From the NCBI GenBank assembly GCA_030645735.1, contig JAUSNP010000006.1, positions 68,095 through 132,094 of the forward strand: a stretch of 64,000 nucleotides of DNA, written 5' to 3'. Numbering within the stretch: position 1 is the stretch's first letter; every line of letters starts with the position of its first letter. Positions 17,281 through 26,251 of this stretch are shown in pieces. Below the pieces are notes generated by a model. It had not been told where the DNA came from. It saw only the letters and a list, made by a program, of their open reading frames with translations, and did no database searches. Source of the DNA: Candidatus Moraniibacteriota bacterium (GTDB taxonomy: Bacteria > Patescibacteriota > Minisyncoccia > Moranbacterales > UBA2206). A program made the position numbers and the translations under genes.

Positions 17281-19746
17281 ATGTCAAAGAAAAATTTCTT
17301 CAGTTGGTATTATTTGGATGGAACTGGTGAATTGATTGGATTTGTAAAAAATATACTTGCCTATTATTGGCGCTATTTCGGAATTCCGGATCATCTGCGT
17401 CATTTGTTTTCACCTTGGAAAAGGGATGTGGAAGTTTCGGCAGAGCGTGGATTTCATCCATTGATTCGGTTGAATTTTTTCATAATCAATAGTTTTTCTC
17501 GCATCTTGGGAATGATAGTTAAATTGGGTGTGATAAGCACAGGCATTGTGGTTGAATCTGCATTGTTTATCGCCGGCATAACTGTGATCGCTTTCTTTGT
17601 TATCTGTCCAGTGTTGTTGCTGTTGGCAGTCTGGCTGTTTTTGAATGCTAGCAATTTTTGGTTGGTTTGGGTGTGTCTGATTTTTTTGGGCATAGTTATG
17701 CGCGCTCATTTTGTTTATCAAAGAAGTCTCTATCGAGATTTGAGCCTGAAGGAAATTTCCGAGCAAAAATTCTTCGGTCGAATCGCCAACAGGATTGGCA
17801 TCAGTGCGGATGCTTTGGCGATAATTTTTAGATTGGGCCTAGACGACGAAGAGTCAAAGAAAATTTTTGCCTCAGTAGGCTTGGATGCGGATGATGTGCT
17901 GAGGGCAATCAAATGGGAAATTGACACGCAGGAACAAAAAGAAAATCGGCAAAAGTTTTGGAGTAGGGCACGGACTGGAATTGTGCGTCAATTGGGCATC
18001 GGTTGGAAATATGCCTACACAGTTAAGCTTGACCGTTTTGCAACTGACTTGACTGAATTTGACCCATCGGCATATTCGCGCGCGCATCTGGTGGGGCACA
18101 AAAAAGAATTGGGCTTGGTTGAGATCGCTTTGCAAAATCAAACCCGCAACAATGTGATGCTGGTCGGCAGTCCGGGAGCGGGCAAGAAATCTTTGATTCA
18201 TATGCTAGCCAGAAACATTCGTGAGGGCAAGGCAGACGCCTTCTTTGAGGACAAACGGATTGTGCTGTTGGATTTGGGTTCAGCGATTGGCCAAGTTTTG
18301 CAAAAAGGCGGGAATGTAGAAAATTTTCTGGGTCATATTTTTTCTGAAGCCGCCTATGCTGGCAATGTGATTTTGGTGATTGAAAACATTGAGGAATTTT
18401 TAGGCAAAGATTCATCCAATGGACGGCCGAACATCGCGCCAATTTTGCAGGATTTTTTGAATGTACCGACTTTTCAAATCATTGCCACTTCAACGACTAA
18501 AGAATATCACCACTTGATTGAACGGCATGACAATTTGATGAAATATTTCGATGTGGTGGAAATGAGTGATTTCACGGAAGAAGAGGCTTTGCGCGTGGTG
18601 TTGCATAAATTCAGACCTTTGGAAGCTGGAGATGTTTTGTTCACCTACGCTGGATTGAAAGAAATTGTGAAAAAAGCTGGTCGTTATGGCGGGCTCAAGC
18701 CGTTGCCGGAAAAATCAGTTGAACTAGCGGAAGAAGTTTTCAATTATTGGAAAGCAGGGGAGATAGTCAAAAGAATTGATGCGGAAATCGTGGAAGACTT
18801 TGTTTCCATCAAGACGGGTATTCCCGTGGGAAAGATAAGTGACTCAGAGCGGGGCAAGTTGTTGAATTTGGAAGATGACTTGCGCGAGCGAGTGATTGGA
18901 CAAGAGGAGGCTATTGCTGATGCGGCAAGCGCGGTGCGCAAGATTCGTTCTGGCATTGCGCGAGCAAACAAGCCGGCTGGCAGTTTTCTTTTCTTGGGTC
19001 CAACAGGCGTGGGCAAAACAGAAACGGCCAAGGCTTTGGCAGATGTTTATTTTGGCGATGAGAAAAAAATTGTGCGATTGGATATGAGTGAATTTCAAAA
19101 TCCATCAGCAGTTGAATCTTTGATTGGCTCGCAAGCCTTGAATGAACCTGGTCGATTGGGAAGTTTGATGCGCGACAATCCCTACACCGTCTTGCTTATC
19201 GATGAAATTGAAAAAGCCTATCCCAAGATTTTAGATTTATTTTTGCAGGTTTTGGACGAAGGTTATTTGACGGATGCCTTTGGCGACAAAATTGATTTCA
19301 GAAATTGTGTGGTCATTGCCACTTCCAATGCTGGATCATCGCTGATTAGAAAATTGGAAGCTTCGGGTGTGGCTAAAAAAGATGTTGAAAGAGAAGTCAT
19401 AAACGACATCATCGAAAGCGGTACATTCCGACCGGAATTTTTGAATCGCTTCGACAAGGTGGTGGTATATAATATTTTAAATCAAAATGAACTTTTACGC
19501 GTGACGAATATGCTGTTAGACAAGTTGGCGACGCGGGTCAAAAACGAAAAAGATATTGAAGTGAATTTTGCCTCAGGCGTGGCAGAGAAAATTGTAGAAT
19601 TGGGCTACAATGAAATTTTTGGCGCGCGTTCGATCGAGCACTTCATCGGCAACACTTTAGAAAACACGCTGGTGACCAAAATAATCGCCGGCGGACAGGA
19701 AATTGATGACAAAACCATCAATGTTTCCGCTGAAGAAATCGGTTGA
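17281..19746 (+). CDS. membrane-anchored ClpA/ClpB-type double AAA+ ATPase
   Basis: The N-terminus has about 3 TM helices. Two Walker A motifs (GSPGAGKKS; GPTGVGKTE) and a ClpA/B-type AAA2 block (FLNRFDKVVVY). No long M-domain. Confidence 0.8.
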   Translation: MSKKNFFSWYYLDGTGELIGFVKNILAYYWRYFGIPDHLRHLFSPWKRDVEVSAERGFHPLIRLNFFIINSFSRILGMIVKLGVISTGIVVESALFIAGITVIAFFVICPVLLLLAVWLFLNASNFWLVWVCLIFLGIVMRAHFVYQRSLYRDLSLKEISEQKFFGRIANRIGISADALAIIFRLGLDDEESKKIFASVGLDADDVLRAIKWEIDTQEQKENRQKFWSRARTGIVRQLGIGWKYAYTVKLDRFATDLTEFDPSAYSRAHLVGHKKELGLVEIALQNQTRNNVMLVGSPGAGKKSLIHMLARNIREGKADAFFEDKRIVLLDLGSAIGQVLQKGGNVENFLGHIFSEAAYAGNVILVIENIEEFLGKDSSNGRPNIAPILQDFLNVPTFQIIATSTTKEYHHLIERHDNLMKYFDVVEMSDFTEEEALRVVLHKFRPLEAGDVLFTYAGLKEIVKKAGRYGGLKPLPEKSVELAEEVFNYWKAGEIVKRIDAEIVEDFVSIKTGIPVGKISDSERGKLLNLEDDLRERVIGQEEAIADAASAVRKIRSGIARANKPAGSFLFLGPTGVGKTETAKALADVYFGDEKKIVRLDMSEFQNPSAVESLIGSQALNEPGRLGSLMRDNPYTVLLIDEIEKAYPKILDLFLQVLDEGYLTDAFGDKIDFRNCVVIATSNAGSSLIRKLEASGVAKKDVEREVINDIIESGTFRPEFLNRFDKVVVYNILNQNELLRVTNMLLDKLATRVKNEKDIEVNFASGVAEKIVELGYNEIFGARSIEHFIGNTLENTLVTKIIAGGQEIDDKTINVSAEEIG

Positions 19747-19771
19747 CTTTTCGCCTAAATTGGCATAAGAT
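19743..19771 (+). promoter_or_regulatory. sigma70-type promoter (TTGACT-17-TAAGAT)
   Basis: Upstream of the 19860 gene. Confidence 0.45.
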
Positions 19772-19859
19772 AGATTATTAATGAAATTTATTGATTTCGG
19801 TCTTTTACAATAGGAAAGTAACTTAATCTCAGTATTCACTAAATAAAGGGGAGTGGAAT

Positions 19860-20102
19860 ATGTCCGAAGAAGCCATAGTAGTTTTTAAAAAAGGCGATAA
19901 GGTTCACGTTGATTTCAGGGCTCTCGATAAATTGATCAAAAAAACGAGACCCATATCTGCGAGAAGACTTTTGGGCCTTTTCAATGTAGACAAGATGTAC
20001 ATTATTCACCAGGTCAGTGAGGGTGGCGAAACAGTTGAGTTGGTGGGCTTTGAAGGCGTCCCCTATGACGCGAAACTATTTATTTTGGTCACGCGCCAGT
20101 AG
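19860..20102 (+). CDS. hypothetical small protein
   Basis: 80 aa with a strong SD, AAAGGGGAG. Confidence 0.5.
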   Translation: MSEEAIVVFKKGDKVHVDFRALDKLIKKTRPISARRLLGLFNVDKMYIIHQVSEGGETVELVGFEGVPYDAKLFILVTRQ

Positions 20103-20183
20103 TGCTGAAGTGAAAACGCGCACCTGATTGCGCCAAAAAAACATATCTTTTTGTTGTCAGGGACAAAAGGAGAGGAGGATGAA

Positions 20184-20822
20184 ATGAAGAAGGACACAAA
20201 TCCCAAAAGGAAGATTGAAAGGGCCTTGATTAGCCTGACTGACAAGGCAGGTATTGAGGAATTTGCCCGACACCTGCAGGAGCTGGGAGTGGAGATTCTT
20301 TCCACTGGCGGCACTGCCAAAAAGATGCGGGAGAGCGGTATCAAGGTGATGGACGTTTCCGAATTCACCGGCTTTCCCGAGATGCTGGACGGCCGGGTTA
20401 AAACCCTGCATCCCAAGGTGCACGGCGGGATTCTGGCCCAGAAGACCAACCCCGAGCACCTGACCCAGATGGCCGCCCACGGCCTGTTGCCCATCGATCT
20501 GGTCGCCGTCAACCTCTATGCCTTTGAAAAGACCGTCGCCAAGGGAGACTGCAGTCTGGCCGAAGCCATTGAGAACATCGATATTGGCGGGCCGACCATG
20601 TTGCGGGCTGCGGCCAAGAACTATCGTGACGTCACCGTGCTGGTCGATCCCGCCGACTATCCCCAGGTCATCGCCGAGATGCGGGTGACCGGCAACACCA
20701 CCCTCAAAACCCGTTTCCGGCTGGCCTGCAAGGTATTCTTCCTAACCAGTACCTACGACACAGCCATCTCGGACTGGCTCGAGAAGATCAATGTTGAGAC
20801 CCACCAAGAGCTTCAAGATTGA
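20184..20822 (+). CDS. purH: PurH N-terminal IMP cyclohydrolase (MGS-like) domain only; AICAR transformylase domain absent
   Basis: [71 protein letters not shown]...[16 protein letters not shown] matches the PurH IMPCH domain. The ORF stops at the interdomain linker. The segment is strikingly GC-rich relative to its flanks. ATG 20184 follows the SD AGGAGAGGAGG. Confidence 0.75.
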   Translation: MKKDTNPKRKIERALISLTDKAGIEEFARHLQELGVEILSTGGTAKKMRESGIKVMDVSEFTGFPEMLDGRVKTLHPKVHGGILAQKTNPEHLTQMAAHGLLPIDLVAVNLYAFEKTVAKGDCSLAEAIENIDIGGPTMLRAAAKNYRDVTVLVDPADYPQVIAEMRVTGNTTLKTRFRLACKVFFLTSTYDTAISDWLEKINVETHQELQD

Positions 20823-20921
20823 GGCCCGAAGTGAAATGCTACAAGCTTTAAATGAGGCCGGTTCCACTCTTGGAATCGGCCTTAGATTTTTTATAGAGCA
20901 GAAAAATATTTCTAAAATAGA

Positions 20922-21872
20922 TTACAAATTTTTCAATTTCTTTTTTCGCACCACATACATCGGTCGCTTGATAACTTCGATGTGGATGTTGGCAATGTAG
21001 AGTGAAATGAGGCCGATGGAAATCAGGAGGATGCCGACCAAAAAAATGATAAGGATGGCGAGGCTTTCTGAATCGGAAAAAGTTGAGGCGAATTCCCAGT
21101 GCAGGATATATTTGCCTATCAAAACATACAATCCAGACAGTCCAGAAAGCAGGGTAGTCAGAAGGCCTAGATAGCCGGCGAGCTTGAGGGGCACAAAACT
21201 GAGTGACACGAAACTGTTGAGAGCCAGTTTGCTGAGCTTCCAGAAGCTATAGCTGGCGTCACCATGCAGGCGTTCGTTGGCCTCAAAGTGGATGTAGGCG
21301 CGTCGGAAGCCGAGCCAATCGATGAGTCCACGAGTCATGCGATTGGTTTCAGTGAAGCGATTGAATTCGTCAATCACAACTCTGTCTAGCAGACGGAAAT
21401 CAGTTGAATTTGGCATAACTGGTTCTTCAACTATGGTGTTTAAAATTTTATAAAATAATTTTGAGCCAAGCGCTTTGAGCAATGAAATATTTTTGCTCTT
21501 TTTCCGTACGCCCACCACCACTTCAAAGCCCTGTTCCCATTTTTCCAGAAATTTTGGAATGAGTTCAGCCGGATGTTGCAAGTCAGCGTCAATCATGATG
21601 CAGGCGTCACCAGAACAATTGTTGAGCCCAGCGGTAGTAGCAACCTCTTTGCCGAAGTTTCTGGAAAAATCAATGTATTGCACAGCAGAATCTTCAATGA
21701 CTAATTTTTCAATTTCACTGCCTGTTTCGTCGGTGCTGCCGTCATTGATGAAAATAATTTCATGGGCATATTTGTCACTCAGAGTCTGAAAAATTTTTTC
21801 TAATTTTTCATAAAGTGGATGGATGTTTTTGGCTTCATTGTGAGCAGGAATGATGATAGAAATTGTTTTCAT
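20922..21872 (-). CDS. glycosyltransferase family 2 (polyprenol-phosphate glycosyltransferase-like) with C-terminal TM helices
   Basis: MKTISIIIPAHNEAKNI...INDGSTDET...DADLQHP are GT2 motifs. Confidence 0.85.
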   Translation of the reverse strand: MKTISIIIPAHNEAKNIHPLYEKLEKIFQTLSDKYAHEIIFINDGSTDETGSEIEKLVIEDSAVQYIDFSRNFGKEVATTAGLNNCSGDACIMIDADLQHPAELIPKFLEKWEQGFEVVVGVRKKSKNISLLKALGSKLFYKILNTIVEEPVMPNSTDFRLLDRVVIDEFNRFTETNRMTRGLIDWLGFRRAYIHFEANERLHGDASYSFWKLSKLALNSFVSLSFVPLKLAGYLGLLTTLLSGLSGLYVLIGKYILHWEFASTFSDSESLAILIIFLVGILLISIGLISLYIANIHIEVIKRPMYVVRKKKLKNL

Positions 21873-21937
21873 AGTTTTAGAGCTTGGCAGTGGCCAGCCA
21901 AGGCATTATTACACTGGTATTATAGCACATATTTTTG

Positions 21938-21946
21938 TGGTATACT
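21938..21946 (+). promoter_or_regulatory. extended -10 element TGgTATACT
   Basis: Upstream of 21992. It sits in a divergent region shared with the GT2 gene. Confidence 0.45.
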
Positions 21947-21991
21947 GAATAGGTAGAAAATACTAATCTTTATTTTGAAAGGAGGTGTTTT

Positions 21992-22603
21992 ATGAATAAA
22001 AATATAATTGTTGGCGTAGTTGTAGCTATCATTGTGTTGGGTGCAGGCGCTTTCTTTTTCATGAAAGGGAAATCTGTCAATGCTCCAGTAAACGGTGTCG
22101 CCAATCAAGTTGTTGAACAAGGCGGAGTGACATCTGCTGTGAAACAAGGTTTGATGGGTATGTTGGAAAATGCCACTGGTGTGAAGTGTTCCGTGTCTGA
22201 TGCAACTGGCAGTTATACCGTCATTGCCAAAGGTGAGAAAGCTAGAATCGAAGGTATGAATTTTGCCAATCCATCTGATCCAACGCAAAAAGATGAGCGT
22301 GGCACGATGATCAACAATGGCGACTGGGCTTTCATTTGGAGCGGCAAGGAAGGCATGAAATTCAATATGAAAGAAATGCAAGCAGCCAATCCACAAACAG
22401 CGGCTGAAGAGCCAACTGATTGGAGAGGTTGGGCCGCTGAAATGCAAAACTCTGGTGCCAAATATGAGTGCAATCCGACCGTGGCAACTGATTTAGATTT
22501 CACTCCGCCAGCAGATGTGAAATTTCAAGATTTAGGTGAAATGATGAGAGGTTTCCAGAATATGCAAAATAACACCCAAATCCCGCCGATGCCAGTGCAA
22601 TAA
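21992..22603 (+). CDS. hypothetical membrane-anchored protein
   Basis: N-terminal TM helix IIVGVVVAIIVLGAGAFFF. SD AAAGGAGG. Confidence 0.5.
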   Translation: MNKNIIVGVVVAIIVLGAGAFFFMKGKSVNAPVNGVANQVVEQGGVTSAVKQGLMGMLENATGVKCSVSDATGSYTVIAKGEKARIEGMNFANPSDPTQKDERGTMINNGDWAFIWSGKEGMKFNMKEMQAANPQTAAEEPTDWRGWAAEMQNSGAKYECNPTVATDLDFTPPADVKFQDLGEMMRGFQNMQNNTQIPPMPVQ

Positions 22604-22619
22604 AATAGTAATATTTTGC

Positions 22620-22652
22620 AAAAAAGCTACCCCATGGTAGCTTTTTTTGTTT
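22620..22652 (+). terminator. rho-independent terminator
   Basis: AAAAAGCTACCCCATGGTAGCTTTTTTT. Confidence 0.8.
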
Positions 22653-22676
22653 TGGAGGTAATATGTTAATAATCCT

Positions 22677-22705
22677 TTGACTTTTTAGCGGTTTGGTGCT
22701 AGGAT
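22677..22705 (+). promoter_or_regulatory. sigma70-type promoter (TTGACT-17-TAGGAT)
   Basis: Upstream of the 22736 gene. Confidence 0.5.
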
Positions 22706-22735
22706 GTTCTATCTAAGCAAATAAGCTTTTCTCCT

Positions 22736-23752
22736 ATGAAAACAGGCTTTTTAATAGAATATGCTCGTCGCCACTGGATACTTTTTCGAAGAGTTTTTTT
22801 GCATAAAAAAAATCTTCAACGCGACCTGCTTGTCATTGTTTTGTCTATAATTATTGCCGCGCTTTTCATTTTGGTGGATAAGGATGTATCTTTTCGTTCG
22901 ATCGGCCAGTCATTATTTGCAAACTTTAACTGGCAAAAAACAATTGAAATTAGTGATAACAAACCAGTAGAGCTATCCGATGAAGCAATGGCTGTAGAAA
23001 TTCACACTGTCCAAGGAATGTTCAACTTGAATCAATGGAAAGATTATCGCAGTCAGTGGTATGGTATTGAAATAAAATATCCGGAAACTTGGAATGCTCC
23101 GGTGGCGCGAGCCGCTGCGAGTGGTTCAAAATGGGAATATAAATATCAGTTCAGCAAAAAAGATGTGAAGGATTCGGATTTGTATGCCGGTTTTGATTTG
23201 ATGGTTTATAATTTGGCTAAAACCAAGGAAGTCTCCAATACTGAAGAATTTCCGGTTTTGAAAAATATTGAACAATGTCAAAATGCGCAGGTTCACCTGA
23301 TTGAAACTGGTGATTATCCAGCCGAAGAGATTTATGTCCCGCAATCGGACGATTGCTATAATCCGACATTGTTCTTCAGTTTTACACGAGGAGAATATAT
23401 CTATAACCTCGTGCCATTCGTGAAGCCTGGTGTTGAAATGCTGGGTGATCCGCGCGTGGAAATTGTGGACAATTTTCCGGAATTTTTTGCGGCAGCTTCA
23501 TCACTCAATATTGTTGATATTGTGCGTCCAAAACCGGTTGTTGTAGTTTCAAAGCCCAGAGTATATGCGCCAATGCCGATTACTTTTAAAAAATCTAGCA
23601 AAGGCTTGGTTTGCGCCAAAGCTAATGATCATCCTAGCAAAAGCAATAAAGGCAAGGGTAAACATATGGATATGGAATGCTGTTTGGATCCGGATGAATA
23701 CCCAAATCCAAACTGTCATTATTCTGAATCTAAATACGGCAAATATCTATAG
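22736..23752 (+). CDS. hypothetical membrane-anchored protein
   Basis: 338 aa with one TM helix. Cys/His-rich C-terminus (HMDMECCLDPDEYPNPNCH). Confidence 0.45.
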   Translation: MKTGFLIEYARRHWILFRRVFLHKKNLQRDLLVIVLSIIIAALFILVDKDVSFRSIGQSLFANFNWQKTIEISDNKPVELSDEAMAVEIHTVQGMFNLNQWKDYRSQWYGIEIKYPETWNAPVARAAASGSKWEYKYQFSKKDVKDSDLYAGFDLMVYNLAKTKEVSNTEEFPVLKNIEQCQNAQVHLIETGDYPAEEIYVPQSDDCYNPTLFFSFTRGEYIYNLVPFVKPGVEMLGDPRVEIVDNFPEFFAAASSLNIVDIVRPKPVVVVSKPRVYAPMPITFKKSSKGLVCAKANDHPSKSNKGKGKHMDMECCLDPDEYPNPNCHYSESKYGKYL

Positions 23753-23770
23753 AACTTTTTGATATATACA

Positions 23771-23803
23771 ACGCCAACAAGTGAACTCTTGCTGGCGTTT
23801 TTA
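23771..23803 (+). terminator. rho-independent terminator
   Basis: CGCCAACAAG...CTTGCTGGCG hairpin followed by TTTTTATTT. Confidence 0.75.
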
Positions 23804-23843
23804 TTTATTTCAATTCTGTATTAGAATGAGGGTGTAAACATAA

Positions 23844-24028
23844 GAGCCTGTTCATAATCTCAACGCTAATAATAAAAACTAACATATTGCTTGCCTGCTA
23901 AAATATTCCTAATTTCGGCTGCAAACCCTTCAAAGCTCGTCAGGTTATCTCGATAGCCTTTCTCACTTTTCATGGTTTTCGCACGAAATTAGAAAATTTT
24001 ATCTAGGCATGAGATTATGAACAGGCTC
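23844..24028 (+). repeat. structured inverted-repeat element copy B (candidate ncRNA / MITE-like), 185 nt
   Basis: 19-bp perfect terminal inverted repeat GAGCCTGTTCATAATCTCA / TGAGATTATGAACAGGCTC. The core is about 85% identical to copy A. TAGAAT lies 17 nt upstream. Confidence 0.7.
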
Positions 24029-24038
24029 TAAAAAATAT

Positions 24039-24716
24039 ATGAGCAATGCATTTGAAATTTATCATGAGGACATCGTGGATAGAAATAGCAAGGATAAGAT
24101 AATTGAGGCTATTCTCAAGCATATCGGCGATATTGAAATTTTTTTCAAGAGTGATTATGTCCACAAAACTAGGAAACAAGAATTTGGATTTCATATACCT
24201 GAACAGTTTGAGGTTTTACGAAATATTCAAATATTGAAAGAGCGGGTGAATGAGATATCTAAAGAAGATCCTGAGATGATTTGGCAAAATCACATGGCGC
24301 ATGTTTTGGGAAACTCAATCACAACTTTTGCTGGAGCTTCAGCAATGAAGTTTGAGCACGGTGATTTTTATAGCAAGGATGATGAAGAAAAACATTTTCC
24401 GATTGAACGCTTCAAGCTCATCAAAGATCATATGGAGCTGATGTTATTTTATATTAAAGAACTGCAAAACAACCCAGATTTAATCAAAGAAGAAATTGAT
24501 TCAAGCGCGGGCTATTTGAAGCATTTTGTTGAATTTTTGTCTTGCGATTTGCCAACGCAAACCCCAGAACAGCTCAAATTGTTCAAGTTTTTTCATGAAT
24601 TGAAAGAAGGTAAAATAACCCCAGAAAATTTCTTTGAAGCCAGTGCAGAGGTGCAAAAATATTTAGATGTTGAAAAAGTTAAAAATGAGTTATTAGCTGA
24701 GGATGAAAACAAATAG
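24039..24716 (+). CDS. hypothetical protein
   Basis: 225-aa ORF directly downstream of element B. Confidence 0.5.
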   Translation: MSNAFEIYHEDIVDRNSKDKIIEAILKHIGDIEIFFKSDYVHKTRKQEFGFHIPEQFEVLRNIQILKERVNEISKEDPEMIWQNHMAHVLGNSITTFAGASAMKFEHGDFYSKDDEEKHFPIERFKLIKDHMELMLFYIKELQNNPDLIKEEIDSSAGYLKHFVEFLSCDLPTQTPEQLKLFKFFHELKEGKITPENFFEASAEVQKYLDVEKVKNELLAEDENK

Positions 24717-24752
24717 TCTCAATTGCGTAGTATATTTGCACAGAATTAAATT

Positions 24753-25328
24753 ATGATTGAAGAAAAGGCGCTAACAGACGCACAATTGGTTGAATCGGCC
24801 AAACTCAATCCGGAATCTTTCGGGTTTTTGATGGAGCGTTATCAGGGTTCGCTTTTTCATTATATCCGCCGTTTGACCCAGCTTCAGAATGATGATGTGC
24901 AGGATTTGTTGCAGGAAGTGTTCATCAAGATTTATCAGAATTTGAATGCCTATGATAGCGATTTGAAATTTTCCAGTTGGGCCTATCGCATCGCGCACAA
25001 TCAGGTGATCGACCATTTCCGCCGAGTCAGTAGCCGGCCGAAAACCAACGCGCTAGAAGATTATGAATGGGACAAGCTCATTCAAGCCAGCGTGCATTTG
25101 GAAAAGGAATTGGCTAACAAAGATTGCGTGGAAAAAATAAAAAGTTGCATCCAGGATTTGCCAATGAAATATAAAGAAATTTTGATTTTGCGTTTTGTGG
25201 AAGAAAAAGAATATGAAGAGATTATGGATATCTTGCGCAAACCCAAAGGCACAGTCGCCACACTCATTGCGCGAGGCAAGCAAGAGTTGAAGAAAAAAAT
25301 GAAAGAACAAAGCATAGATTGCTTTTAA
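24753..25328 (+). CDS. ECF-type RNA polymerase sigma factor (sigma-70 family)
   Basis: Region 2 (DLLQEVFIKIYQNL...FSSWAYRIAHNQVIDHFRR) and a region 4 HTH (EIMDILRKPKGTVATLIARGKQELK). Confidence 0.85.
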   Translation: MIEEKALTDAQLVESAKLNPESFGFLMERYQGSLFHYIRRLTQLQNDDVQDLLQEVFIKIYQNLNAYDSDLKFSSWAYRIAHNQVIDHFRRVSSRPKTNALEDYEWDKLIQASVHLEKELANKDCVEKIKSCIQDLPMKYKEILILRFVEEKEYEEIMDILRKPKGTVATLIARGKQELKKKMKEQSIDCF

Positions 25329-25335
25329 TGAAAAT

Positions 25336-25414
25336 TGTCATCCTGAACCTCTTGCCTGCTGGCAGGGATTCAGGGTCTACCCAGAGTGGATTCCGGGTCA
25401 AGCCCGGAATGACA
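25336..25414. repeat. TGTCAT...ATGACA palindromic hairpin element, copy 1 (degenerate left arm)
   Basis: It ends with the ATTCCGGGTCAAGCCCGGAAT hairpin followed by ATGACA. The right arm is near-identical to the 54107-54207 element. Confidence 0.6.
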
Positions 25415-25430
25415 GATTAATATAAACAAT

Positions 25431-26180
25431 ATGAAAAACCTGATTCAAGACACGCTGAATAAAATCAAACAAGAACATATCGCGCCAGAGCCGAGATGGA
25501 AGTTTTTGTCACGCAAAATTGGAATTTGGATCGGAATCATCGCGGTGGTTGCCTTGGGAGCGCTAGTGATTTCTGTGGTCTATTTTTTGCTTGCGCAATT
25601 GGACTGGGATGTCTATCCGTTGATGCATCAAAACATATTTACATATGGGCTATCGGTCATGCCATATTTTTGGCTGGCATTTTTGGCTGTTTTGGCATTG
25701 CTGGCATTTTTGGCGGTGCGCAAAACTGAGAATGGCTATCGTTTCAATTGGTTGTTGATTGTTTTTTCAATTGCGATTGGAATTTTGGCAATTGGATTTT
25801 TCATATCGCGTGTCGGTTGGGGTGGACGATTCAACGGGATGATGATGCATCAAATGCCATATTACGCGCAAAATGTTGCGACCAAGGAAAAGCAATGGAT
25901 GCAACCCGAGGCAGGTTTTCTGGCTGGCACGATTCATACTGTTTCAGGCAGTACGCTTGAAATTGATGACCTAAATAATAGTACTTGGAATGTTCAACTG
26001 ACCAAGCAAACACTAATACGTCCATCGGTTACGCTTGCGCAAGGACAGATGATAAAAATCATCGGCACGCGAAAAGACGCACAGAATTTTGTGGCGTCAG
26101 AAATCCGTCCGTGGGTGGGTCAAGGGATGATGGGCTCAGGACAGGGCCGAGGAATGATGAACAATTTCATCAGAAACTAG
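25431..26180 (+). CDS. multi-TM membrane protein downstream of ECF sigma (putative anti-sigma/partner), C-terminal Gly-Met-rich tail
   Basis: About 3-4 TM helices. The C-terminus is GQGMMGSGQGRGMMNNF. Confidence 0.5.
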   Translation: MKNLIQDTLNKIKQEHIAPEPRWKFLSRKIGIWIGIIAVVALGALVISVVYFLLAQLDWDVYPLMHQNIFTYGLSVMPYFWLAFLAVLALLAFLAVRKTENGYRFNWLLIVFSIAIGILAIGFFISRVGWGGRFNGMMMHQMPYYAQNVATKEKQWMQPEAGFLAGTIHTVSGSTLEIDDLNNSTWNVQLTKQTLIRPSVTLAQGQMIKIIGTRKDAQNFVASEIRPWVGQGMMGSGQGRGMMNNFIRN

Positions 26181-26251
26181 TGAAAACTTTTTTAATTGCG
26201 GGCGTAATACATTATGCTAGCAGCAATTAATTAAAATAATCACTAAAAACA

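Noticed and set aside
20103-20150. The TTG start at 20151 for the purH fragment
   Set aside because: The in-frame ATG at 20184 has a strong SD (AGGAGAGGAGG) at ideal spacing. The TTG extension lies in the terminator of the upstream gene.
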